A stretch of DNA of 64,000 bases, taken from the human T2T-CHM13v2.0 reference genome, Homo sapiens. The notes below the pieces were generated by a model. It saw nothing but the letters and a program-made list of their open reading frames with translations, was not told the DNA's origin and ran no database searches. Position numbers and translations under genes: made by a program. The stretch lies in NCBI RefSeq assembly GCF_009914755.1, contig NC_060941.1. The stretch is one strand, 5' to 3'. Shown piece after piece: positions 15,388 to 30,335 of this stretch (positions are counted from its first letter, which is position 1; each line of letters begins with the position of its first letter).

Positions 15388-16311
15388 ATGGGCACGGTGC
15401 TGTCCCTGTCTCCCAGCTACCGGAAGGCCACGCTGTTTGAGGATGGCGCGGCCACCGTGGGCCACTATACGGCCGTACAGAACAGCAAGAACGCCAAGGA
15501 CAAGAACCTGAAGCGCCACTCCATCATCTCCGTGCTGCCTTGGAAGAGAATCGTGGCCGTGTCGGCCAAGAAGAAGAACTCCAAGAAGGTGCAGCCCAAC
15601 AGCAGCTACCAGAACAACATCACGCACCTCAACAATGAGAACCTGAAGAAGTCGCTGTCGTGCGCCAACCTGTCCACATTCGCCCAGCCCCCACCGGCCC
15701 AGCCGCCTGCACCCCCGGCCAGCCAGCTCTCGGGTTCCCAGACCGGGGGCTCCTCCTCAGTCAAGAAAGCCCCTCACCCTGCCGTCACCTCCGCAGGGAC
15801 GCCCAAACGGGTCATCGTCCAGGCGTCCACCAGTGAGCTGCTTCGCTGCCTGGGTGAGTTTCTCTGCCGCCGGTGCTACCGCCTGAAGCACCTGTCCCCC
15901 ACGGACCCCGTGCTCTGGCTGCGCAGCGTGGACCGCTCGCTGCTTCTGCAGGGCTGGCAGGACCAGGGCTTCATCACGCCGGCCAACGTGGTCTTCCTCT
16001 ACATGCTCTGCAGGGATGTTATCTCCTCCGAGGTGGGCTCGGATCACGAGCTCCAGGCCGTCCTGCTGACATGCCTGTACCTCTCCTACTCCTACATGGG
16101 CAACGAGATCTCCTACCCGCTCAAGCCCTTCCTGGTGGAGAGCTGCAAGGAGGCCTTTTGGGACCGTTGCCTCTCTGTCATCAACCTCATGAGCTCAAAG
16201 ATGCTGCAGATAAATGCCGACCCACACTACTTCACACAGGTCTTCTCCGACCTGAAGAACGAGAGCGGCCAGGAGGACAAGAAGCGGCTCCTCCTAGGCC
16301 TGGATCGGTGA
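15388..16311 (+). CDS. CDK5R1: Cyclin-dependent kinase 5 activator 1 (p35), 307 aa, intronless CDS
   Basis: [13 protein letters not shown]... with myristoylated Gly2; STF/AQPPP calpain site giving p25; C-terminal cyclin-like activation domain; Kozak accATGg. Confidence 0.99.
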
Positions 16312-19020
16312 GCACTGTAGCCTGCGTCATGGCTCAAGGATTCAATGCATTTTTAAGAATTTATTATTAAATCAGTTTTGTGTACAGTATGTGTCTAGCA
16401 AAGCCACCAAGGGCCTCACCTTTCCCACAGTCTCTCCCTGGGGTTTTTTTCATCCCTGCCAAGAACTCTGGGCACTTTTGAACTCACGAGCCTTGCGCAA
16501 AACCCAGAAGATGTATTCAGAGCCACCCAGGCCACTGACCTCCCACTTTGGGGAACTCAAAGGACTGACCTGCCCCTGCCGCCTGTGCCCTTGCTGGGTC
16601 CAGGGTAGGCAAGGCTGCCGGCTGCACCCTGTATGGAGCTAGAGAGGGGCCTCTGGCTGCCTGGCCCAGGGAGGAATTGGGGTTTCTGGTTGGAGGCCCT
16701 TTTCTGGCTCCTGTGTGGAGTTATTCACTCTCCCAGAGGCTCCTGGAGCCAGCCACCCTAACTGAGCTGCCAGTGGGGTCGTGAGGCAAGATCCCCGCCA
16801 CCCGGGGACATCTTCAATCTAGGCGAGGCGAAGCTGAGCGGGTCTAGTGGAAAGATTGTGTCTGGTCGTTTGACCACACACCGCCCTGATTTGCTGTTTT
16901 CTTTTTTTAGGGAGAAGGGCTTTTCTTTAGTGGAGAAATGGAACTCGCCCCCCTACCCCCTTGTCTGCTGCTCCCAGCCACGTTGGTGGTATTGGCCGAT
17001 GAGCTGGTTTGACTCATTAATTTCTCTCAATTTGGGTCCCAGCTAAAGAGGTGGGGTGAAGCTGGGGACAGCTTTCCTGGGTGAGTTTTTCTTTTGAATA
17101 ATGTAGTGCAGTCACCCTGTGGCAAATGCCAGGACAGCTGCAGGTGCCCATTAGCAACGCCTGCCTTCTGGGCAAGGTGAGGGATGCCATACCTTGAGAC
17201 CAAGCCGGTGCCCACCTAAGGGCTAAGGCCTCTTGCTGGTGCACATGACATTTGTCCTGCAGAGCTGGGGGGAAGGCGATGTGGTGACCCCACCCCCACC
17301 CGTTAATTTAAAGCTGTTTCTAAACAGTTGAGTTTCTTCTAAAGAGGAAGCCTTGCCCAGCAAGGACCAGTGAGACAGCCGGATCTTGGAGACAATTACA
17401 AGACGGGGAGTGAGACTCCTGATTGCTCTGGAAGCCTGCTGATTTCTACAACTGATCATTTGCAGCTGCTGGTTTTGGTTTCCACCTTACCCTACTGGCT
17501 GTAAAAACACAAATGTGTACTTTATTGATTTTCTTTCTAATTCTCCTGCATTGGTGGCTTGGGACTTGGGAGAGGGAGCAAGCCTTCCTCCATGGCCCAT
17601 CACTCGGCTGTGGAGAACAAAGACCAATGTGAAGACACTACAGAGGATTCTGTCTTCCAGGCCCAGTCCACTGGGGAGTGCTGGAATGGGGACCTGGGGT
17701 GGGGAGGCAGAGGGTCACTTTACATAGGATTAAGTTCGAGGTGGCTACCGATTTCAGCACATGCACTACTGAAATTTACACAAAAAGAAAGCTGTGAAAT
17801 TGAAGTCCCAATTTAAGAGTCCTGAGGCAGAACCTGGTGGCTGGAGGCATTCCCAGAGGTGGGGAAGAGAGCCTGCCCGGCCGGAGAACATCTGCCTTGC
17901 TGCACCTGAGGCCCAGCAGAGCCGTTCCTGGGACTGTCAGATAATCGGTGCAGCGGTGGAAGGAGCCTGCGGCTGCTGGCACAGACTTCACACAGCACCT
18001 CCTCTCTGCTGGGTTTCCACACAGCCTGTCTTCAGATCCTGCTGCCGCGTGCGACCAGAGGTGGGAGGCCCCTGGTGGCATGGAAGAGGGAGGGTCAGTG
18101 CCAAGTCTCAGGAGGAGGGCGCATGTGTGTATCACCCTCAGCTGGCGGAACCTGGCTGCGAACTGTGCAGTTACGTTGCATCCACAGGATTCCAGTTGCG
18201 TGTCTGTTTCCTTCTCTTTCTCCGTATTTATTTTTTTATTCTTCGGAGGAGGTGGACATTTCGGAAGTGGTGGGGACTAAGGGAAGAACTCTCTAGTTCC
18301 CTCAGTGTGAAGCCTGTCGTGTTCTCTCCCCTTGCACTGGTCATCAGTATTGTGTAAAGGAACAACTGATATACTTGAGTGTGCAAGCAAAGAACCCATT
18401 TGCCATGCTGCTATGAAGACTACTTTTAGATCAACAATAAAAAAAAACCTACAAAAAAACCTTTATTCTTTAATTGTTGCTTTTACGGTGATATTGTGCA
18501 TGCAAACCAGGAGCATTTTGTGTCTTAAGAAAAATAATCTTAGAACAGATGGCTGTGAAAATTACACCCATGCACAGAACAAGCCACAGGAATAATAGTT
18601 CAGGATTTGGTTTTTCTCTTTTTCTTGTAAACCTGGAGGGTTGATATATTCTTTCCATGCAGTTATTAGAACTTAGTTTTGTTCCAACAGTTAAACTTGC
18701 AATGAAAAGAAAATGTGCCATTTTTTTCACTCAGAATTATTCATAGCTGTATATTTGAAACTGCTAATTACACACGTGTGATGTATGTTGGTTTTTTAGT
18801 GCAATTTCTTCTGTAGCTATTCTTTGACCAAACTGTGGGTATTGTTAATATTAATTTATATTTGTCTCATTTTGTATGTATGTGTAGTGTGTTTGTGAGT
18901 ATGTGTGGTTTATAATCTGACAAAGTCATGAAGCTCAGTTTGGCTGTAATTTAATTCCCCTTCCCTTATTTTTATTTATTTTTGTACTGTGCTGATTCAA
19001 TAAAATGCACTGACCATCCA
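16312..19020 (+). other. CDK5R1: CDK5R1 long 3'UTR with AU/GU-rich elements, miR-15/107-family sites and poly(A) signals
   Basis: AU-rich 16348-16372; TGCTGCT 16966; ATGCTGCTA 18405-18413; GU-rich 18870-18910; AATAAA 18436 and 18999. Confidence 0.85.
18999..19004 (+). terminator. CDK5R1: Distal poly(A) signal of CDK5R1
   Basis: AATAAA with upstream U-rich/TGTA and downstream ctttttgtg element. Confidence 0.85.
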
Positions 19021-20289
19021 TTACAGAGACCTCTTTTTGTGGGCAGGCTGGGGCCCCCTTTACTAAATGATTCATGCACTCAGAACATAATTGGATTTGT
19101 GTTATTGGGGAGGGGAGGACAGAGTTGGGGGCGAGGGCTTAACACACTAAGGTGATTAAGAAGGAAGCACAGGTTAAGTCAGCTTTGGTTTAGCGTCGGC
19201 CGAGGTGAGGGCAGCTGTTTCCCAAAGGCTCCCGTGGCAGAGCTGGGTGACTGGAACCTCCGGCCAAGGAGGGTCAGGCCCAAGCATGGCCTGGTGAGGT
19301 CTGGCCGGGTGGGTCCTGCAGGGGCTCTGGACCCTAGACTCCCTGTGTCGAGGTGTGACTCTGAAGCTGCTGCTCCCACGTATTCTTGGGCTTGGCTCTG
19401 CTCTGTGCTCCCTTCCCCCGGGGTCTCCCAGGCCAGCAGGGGTGGGCTGGCGTCCACATGGGCCAACCCTGCAGGTTTAGCTCCATGCGGGTTTCCAGGA
19501 GGGAGAAATCCAGCCCTGTGGCTCCCAGGGAAGCAGCCACTCCAGCCCATAATTGCGGCAAGGGTGGGGTTCCTACCAGCTCTATCTGTACCTGTCCTGA
19601 CTGCCAGCCTGAGGCCTGCACGTGCCACCAGCGTCAGCCTCAGGAAGAGGGTTATGGGGATGCTGGATGTGGCCCTCCCCAGGCCCTGCACCCTGCGGTC
19701 TGAAGCTGCTCCTGAGTACTAGGAAAGTCTTTCTTGTCCTCAAGTTGTAGCTTGGGAGCTGTCAGCCTTGTGATCAAGGCCACTTGCTTTCCACAAAGCA
19801 ACTGCCTTCGTCTGAGTTACAGAAGCCACCGCTGCGTGTTCTTTTCTGCCAATGACCAGTGACCGGAAGCACCCTGGCTGCAGGACCCTTGGGTGCTGGC
19901 CATGCCCTGTTGCTCCCTCAGGGCCTTGCTCCCTTCCCCAGGAGGAGCTGCTGCTTCCTCTCACTCTCCCTGCCGCCCCCACACTTCCTCCCAGCACCTT
20001 TCACTCCGCTGGCCTGGCCTGTCCCCAGTCTGCTGCTGTAGGTCTCTGAGCCTTTCCTTTCTACATACGTGCTTCTATTGCAGTAAACATATTCCCTGGC
20101 ACTAAGCAGTGTGCTTCCAGCTGCCAGCGCACAGGCCTCAAGATGGCAGGAGAAAGTGCTGGGACTCAACCCCACGGCCTCCTTCCCTCCTCACACCTCC
20201 GGTCCACAGCTTGCTTCTTGCTCACTTTTTGTTCAAAAGCCTCAGGCAAATCATCCTCCATTTTACATGATTTGTGCTTAATTCTCCCT

Positions 20290-22525
20290 TCTATCCTCCC
20301 AGATAATGGTTGACTTTATTTAAGCAAAAATTTCACCAAGTTTTCAGTGACAGATAAGCAGAACACCTTTAAAAATAAGATTTAATGCTTTATTGCTCTT
20401 GATGGCAAATCAAAATATGCTTTAGAAATAAAGTTAATTTACTGGAAAATAGGAGTTTTTGCACCAAACCATAAAATTGCATTTCATTACATCAAGAGAA
20501 CCCCCTCATTGTCTACAATCATGCCCGCTTCCTTTCCCCTCAGCGCCCGGGACACGTGACCGAGATCATACCCTAAATTCCTGATCCTTTTGCAGTTGCC
20601 ACATACTGTGGCTTTTAGTACATCATAAAAAAGTGCTTGTCCTGTGGCCTCAGCTGGGAGGCCCTGGCGCTGGGGCTAAGGGGCCCAAGGCACCATCCAA
20701 AGGCTGGGAGGAAAGAACCCAAACCCAGGCCCTCCTCCTGCCCTCCAGCCTTTGACAGGCAACTCATTTGGCATGATCTGTTTTGGTGTGTTTAAAACAT
20801 ACATTTGCATGTGTCTAGTGTAAAGCAACAAGTTTGAGGAAATAAGTGGAAGGAGAGAGGAAGTTCCAGTTAGATGGTTCCACTAGTGTCTACTGGTAAT
20901 TGGCAAAACTATGAGTGTTGCTAATCTGGGCTGAGGGCACCTCTGCCTGTGCAGGCAGCTGACCAGGCTTGGAGAATGAGAAAGGGTTCCCAAGGACAGG
21001 ATGCCAGCGGGATTCTTTGTTGCAAACTGCACACAGTGCAATTTTTGGGAAGCAGGGATGGGGAGTGGGCATGAGACCGGGTTGTTGGGACCACTCTGGG
21101 GTCAGGCCCTGGGTGAGGCACAGGAGGCTGCACACAGGCACTTGGTGGGTTCTGCCGGGTCAGGGTGGGAAGGCAGGAGAAGTGTCTGTGGCAGGACGGG
21201 AAGAAGCTTCAGTACATCCCTCTCTTGCACCTCTGCCCACTCCACCTGAGGCGTTGGCTCCCTCCCCCTCATCCTCTCACCACATGCCTGAGGCGTAGGC
21301 TCCCCTCATCCTCTCACCGCATGGGGCATTTGCTCCCAGCCTCTACTTCCCTCAAGGCCTTCTCAGCAGCTGGGGCTCAGTGGGGAAGGTGGTCTCAGAA
21401 GGCCCCTGAAGCATACGTGCTTTTGCTGGGCAGAAACTGGCAAGCTGGCAGTGCTCCCTGGCACCAGTTTCACGGGCGCAGGCCCCAAGGGGCCGTGTAG
21501 AGGGCGGGGTGGGCATCCTGGCCTGGCCTGCAGTGCCAGGACCCCACGCTGTGCTGCTGCCCCGCTTCCTGCTTCCCGTCATCCCGTGTCTTGACCCCGC
21601 CCTTGCTGTTTCTCTGAGTAGGAAACGCAGCGGGAGGTGGTCCAGAGGGAAAGCGGCCGACCCTGAGGGCTGCCCTCACCCTGGCAGCTCCCCGTTCTCA
21701 TTAGGGTTCCTGACCCAAGTGTGGTGACAGCAGGTATCTGATTAGCAACCCTGCAAACGGTGAAAGTATCTATAAGAGGACCACAGCCACAGGCTGCGAG
21801 TTAAGTAAGATGATCCTTGGAGCATGCCACACTGTCCTCTCCAGAGCGGTGGTCAGAGGCCCTGGTGGGGGCCTTGGTGGCAAAGGGAGTCTCCCAGGGG
21901 AGAACCTGGGAAGGATGGACTCACTCTGCTGGATGGGCTGTTCCGCTCCTGCCACTGGCTCCTGGCTGAGGGGCTGGCCCTGTGGGTGACTCTGCTCACC
22001 CAGTGGCTTTGGCTGGCGGCTGGGAGTTGGGTTGGGGTGGGTCCGCCGAACTCTGAGCAGAGCCTCCCTGAGCTGGGTCCCCAGGGCTGGCTCACCTTGG
22101 GCAAGAGAGGTGGCTATGGGGCTCCCGCAGAGTGGGGTCCTGCATCCCCACCCCTTCCCTCTGCAGGGTCAGCAGCAGGGAGGACACCTGTCCAGGTGCT
22201 CTGACTTGACCTGGCCACGGGGCATCCGCACCAACTAAAGGCACCATCCAGTTGCCTCTGGGGTGAGATTGGTCTGGACGTCAGCCCAGGGGTCTGGGCG
22301 GGGCACCAGGGTCTTTGGCTTATTGAACAGGGACCGTGGACAGTAAGGACAGAGGAAGATGATACCAAAGGCAGAAAACCAGGAAGGAAATCTTACAGGG
22401 GCGGGGCTCCTCTGGGAGGGGCCCTCGCAGCAGGTTTCTAGCGGGCATGGGTTGGGAGGCAGCAGCTGGACTGGGACCCAGGACTCGGAGTGTGGCCGGG
22501 CTCCGGGCCAGGCCTCCGCGGGGCG
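20290..22525 (-). other. MYO1D: MYO1D 3'UTR
   Basis: Follows the MYO1D stop; minus-strand AATAAA (plus tttatt) at 20315-20320 and 20389-20394; end approximate. Confidence 0.75.
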
Positions 22526-22682
22526 TCAGTTCCCGGGCACGCTGAGGATGAAGCCCGAGCGATTCTTGGTGAAGTCGGGCTGGGGCTGGTTGAGCCGCGT
22601 CTCCACGGAGACGGTGCACTTCTTCCCGTGCAGGCTGCACTGTACTGGGTTGGTGACGTTCACTTGAAGGTGGCGCTTCTCA
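22526..22682 (-). CDS. MYO1D: Unconventional myosin-Id, terminal coding exon (end of the TH1 tail)
   Basis: Minus strand tgtttttggttcctgcag|T GAG AAG CGC ...; (S)[51 protein letters not shown], recognised as the MYO1D C-terminus; 157 nt, phase-2 acceptor. Confidence 0.95.
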
Positions 22683-24910
22683 CTGCAGGAACCAAAAACA
22701 CCAGACGGGCAGTTAGCAGGCAGCATGAGAACAGGGCACCTGCCCGGCAGCTCCCGGCCACCATTGGCTCCGGCGCAGCCTGCTTCCTCCACAAGTGCCA
22801 GGAGGATGCCTGAAGGGCCCCAGAGAGGCCGAGGCAAGGCGAGTGTGGCACTAGCTGGGCCTCCAACCACAGCCTCGGCACCATGGCAGGGCCCTTGGCT
22901 CCCATGCCAGCGCATGGGACTGGACAGTGGAGGGCCATGTGGTTGAACAGACGCCACCAGGTCTCTGGCTGGGGCTGAGGACCAAGCCCCTGGGTCCTTC
23001 GGTGTACCAGGGCTGGGGTTCTGACTCTGACACTAATCCATCCTGCGGGAGACCCGTGCCACATGCCCCAGTGAGAGAGAGAGAGAGAGATGTCTCCTGC
23101 TCCTGGCTGGTCCCTGCCTGTCACACCCCGGCTGGTGGAAGTGGGCCTGACTTGGGTTTCCCCAAGCGAGAGGCTGCTCTCATCTGGAGCTGGGCCGCTT
23201 GGCTGGTTGCCACCCTGGAGGCTGCAGAACAGTGCAGCCGGTGCCCCACCGGGGGCTGCAGGGAACCCTGTGCAGCAGGAAGCCCCGCTGGCCTGGGAGC
23301 ACATGAAGGCGGCTTCAGCCGGGCGTCCGGCCGGGCTCCAGGTCGGGTGCAGAGGCGGAAGCTGTGCTCTTCCTGCTGGACAGAGCCCGAGCCCGAGCCC
23401 TTCCTCCAGCTCCTCACACGACGCTGAACATGCTAAGAAGCTGCTGCTGGTTTTAAAAGCAGAGACACTTGTCGCGATAGGCTGGCACCCCAATGTTTGC
23501 TCACACAGGCAGCACAATCCCACGCTGTACCTCAGCTTGTGCCTTGTCAGCTCTGAGCTGGGAGGGGAGAGGAGAAAGGAGGAAGCCTCCTGACCTCGGA
23601 GCCTCCAGTCAGGACTGGCTGGCTCTGCTCCGTATGCCGAAAGCCCTGGGAATTTTTCACTGCTCTCGGGATGGCGTCTGGGGCGTGGGCAGGTTGGTCC
23701 CGCTTTGAACGCTCTGCTGGACTTACGGAGCTGCTCTTAGTGCTGGGCAGTGAACGCCAAGCTGTCGTGTCCACACGGCCAGGGGAACGCCAGGGCCAAG
23801 GCCAGCATGCGCTGAGCTTCTGCCCAGCCTGGAGTCGCCTTCACCAGGCCATGAGCACGTGAGGCACTTTCTAAGCACTGGTTGCCCGGGAGGCGCAACT
23901 GCTCAGACGCCGAGGCAGCTCAAAGGGCTCCGACGTGCGGTGGCTCCACGGGGTCAGCGTGCCCAGAGTAATGGGTGTCACTAGAGCACCTGGCCCAGCA
24001 CACGCTTTCTGAGGACACCTGGTGGGCGCGCCCCACAGCAGGCCCCAAAGTTTCAGAGGTAAGTGCGGGGTGCTCAGGGGCTCTCCTCATGGCTGTCTCC
24101 CCCCTGCTTTCTCACGGACACAGGAAGAGACCCCGGTTGTCACTTGTGGGCATTACGTATCTAATACTTAATGTCTTGTCAGCTGCAGCTAAAACCTGAG
24201 CTTAGACAGCTATTTTTAACCAGACTTGGACATAAAAATAGCAGAGCCCAGCAGAGGCCGTGACTCAGGCCCTCTTCTACTCTTGTGGGCACCAGGGCCG
24301 CTCTGCAGGGCTCATGTGCAGCCCTTGGCGGCGGGGTCCAGGTGGGGCCCCTGCAGCCCTCGTGCTGGACCAGATGCCTCCAGGACCAGGCTGGTCCCTG
24401 AGCTGGGGTGGCCTCCCTGCCTCCCCTCTGTCAACCTGGTATGGCGTTGGGTCCCTCTCACTGGACTCTTGTCCTCTGGGAGCCTCCCTCCTGACCCTGG
24501 CAGCGGCCTCCCCCTGCTCGCCCTCCTGGAGGGCCTGTGCCCTTCCCTGTGCAGGGAGTCCAGACTCTGCCCTCGCCCTTCCCTGGGGAACTGCATGTAC
24601 ACAGTGGGTTCCAGAATCACCTGGTGACTCAGTCTGAGGGAATGGGCTCTAAACAGGCCACGCTCCACGTCAGCTCAAAAAAATTAAGAGACAGAAAATG
24701 GGAACCATTAGTTCACCCTCACCCTCTCGTGTTCAGACAATCGGGGCATGCTCCTCCGTGCAGGGCTCTCCTGACTCCCGCTCAGCAGGGTGGCCCCTGC
24801 CTCCACCCTCCCTGCTTCCTCTGGGCTCCGTGTATCTCCAGGATATGCTCTACAGCCTTGATGCCGGGGTTCGGGCTGGTGGGAAAATGGGGAGGAGCAA
24901 ATGACTGCTA

Positions 24911-25238
<328 letters not shown>

Positions 25239-26689
25239 ATCGGCACCCAGGATATCATCCTCAGGGAGTTGTTGTAGAATAAAAAATGCAGCAGGAACCA
25301 CTGCTCCAGATTGCTGCTTCCCACACGGGCTGGGCTGAAACCTTTTCCTCCTGCCCTCTGTTGTCCCTGTCAGTAGGTCCTGTGGAGTACTTGCTGCCTG
25401 GGGGAGGCCCTTCCTCAGGGAGTGTCCAGCAGAGGGAAGAGCAGACCACGCTCTGGAAGGTCCAAGCCGATCATGCACGAGTCAACAGTGCTCCCACTGC
25501 CGGGCCAGCCCCTCTTCCCCACCCGAGGCCACCACTCTGCTGAAATGAAGGTTCTTGAATAGCAAGAAGGAAGGCAGAAGTTGGACACTGGATCCTTCTG
25601 GGTTGTGGATGTGGATGAGCTAGCTGTGGGCCCCTTTCCCTCTCCCTGTCCTACTTCTGCTGTGCCAGCCCCACAGCTGCTCAGTCCCCTCCCTGGTGGT
25701 GGGTACTGTCCCGGGACAGCCAGTTGGTCCTCTCCTTCCCGTTGGCAATTCTGGCTTTCCGGCATTCCACACCACCGGCCCAGCCCCTGGGGCTTGGCGG
25801 AGGCAGTGTTCCTGCTAGCTCTTCTCTTTGGGCGGAGGAGCCCCAGCACCGCAGGAGATGGGAGGCAGTGCAGAGACTCGCCTGAGTGCTGAGGGTGGCG
25901 GGGCCTGTCTCTGTCCCCTCTCGGGGACCTGTCCCTCTCCTGGACCACGGATATTGATCTGAGGCAAACATCTAATTCCCACTTCCCCAGAACATCCCCC
26001 AACTGAACAAAAATCAGTGACACTTCAGGAAAGAAAAGGTGGTATTTAGTGGCGGTCCCCACACTGCCCCTCCCAGGACTGTTTTCTAAGCCCACGTGAG
26101 ATCTCTCCTGATCCCTTTGAGGTCTTAATACAAGAGCCGGGCCTACGGGTGGGAGAGTCTGGATTCTGTCCTGGCCTTGCCATGCTTCCTGGCTTCATGA
26201 CCTTGTTCAAGTCACTTAAACCTCTGTCTGGCTTTTACAACCATCAAACCATCTACCCTCCAGGTGCTCCACAAGGACTGACTCCACCCCGGGCACTGTG
26301 TCGGCACTGGAAACATGAAACCCGAGCTGGGAGCCAGACAGGGGTTCTTCCTGAGAGCCTGGGAAGCCGCCTGCCCTCGTGGAATTTACGGTCTAAGGAG
26401 TGATGCACGTGAGGCACTTTGAAAGATGTGAAGGACTGTGTGTAAAACATGTGCCAATTTCTCGCTTCGCAGAAGGAATTTCCACTGCTTTCTCAGTTAA
26501 GTGTCAAGAACCTCCAAAAGAGATGGTTCAAGAGAGCTATATTATTGAATCAGATTATGTTCTTTACACATTTTAGCATAGCTCACAAAACCATATGAAT
26601 GTTTCTGTTTTGAATATTCTCTTCCTAAATGTTTTACATCCTGTGGGGAGGGGCTTGGATTCTGATTCTGTGTTTAAATCCTACAAGCA

Positions 26690-27765
<1,076 letters not shown>

Positions 27766-28491
27766 CAACCCTACAAGTTTAATGGAGCATTCACACCACA
27801 TGTACTGGTCTCCACTTTCAGAATGCAAGGTCCTGGCGGGGAGGGGAGGCGTCTTACACAGCTGCATGCGTGGTGCTGCCCTGCACACAGGAGATGCTCC
27901 CAGGTGCTGATGGGCAACACTGGCTGGGCCACAGGTTCTGGACGTGCTGGGGCCGCGTAAGGCTGCAGGCCTCAGTCCATCTGCTGTGTAAATGGCTCTC
28001 TCCCAGTAACACAACTTCATCTGCTCACTTCATCAACTTCGCACACTCACTGCAGCCTCATGAATGAGGAAGACAATGGGCACAACTGGTCAAGAGCCTC
28101 CTGGGATGGAGACTCACCCAGTCCATGAAGTTCCTTCTAAACACAAAGTGGCCAGATACCTGTGAACCAGACCTGGGAAGGAGGTCTGCTCCTTAGCAGA
28201 GAGATACTCTGTTTTGCCGCCTTAAGTGACAGTTGCCTGGGTTACTACTTTTTTCCTTGGCACAGACCTGGGCAGCCCTGGCCTGCCTGACTCCCAGCCT
28301 GTTTGTGTGGTGCTGCTGTGACGTTTGGGCAGAAGAGGGGGTTGAGTGACTACGTGTGTTGAGCTCACCACCGAACAACAAGGGCAAGAAGAACCAGCCT
28401 TCTGCTCTGAAGTTCGGCTGAGCACTGCCCAGCTGACGCCATCTACACACTGCCATCAGCAGATAACGAAGTCAGAAAATGTGGATTGAGG

Positions 28492-30335
<1,844 letters not shown>

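Larger units (their letters stand above)
13900..16310. promoter_or_regulatory. CDK5R1: CpG island / CDK5R1 promoter with Sp/KLF GC boxes
   Basis: Very high GC and CpG density; GGGGCGGGGC boxes near 14446 and 14726; (GCGGGA)3 near 14670; no obvious TATA box. Confidence 0.9.

Noticed and set aside
13974-15395. Multiple long Arg/Gly/Ala/Pro-rich ORFs on both strands (up to 319 aa)
   Set aside because: Expected from stop-codon scarcity in a CpG island; no recognisable domain.
15873-16370. 165-aa alternative-frame ORF inside CDK5R1
   Set aside because: Starts at GTG and is explained as a shadow of GC3-rich codon usage.
22683-22957. Upstream part of the 143-aa minus ORF containing the MYO1D end
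   Set aside because: Only 22526-22682 matches MYO1D; the rest is intron upstream of the ttcctgcag acceptor.
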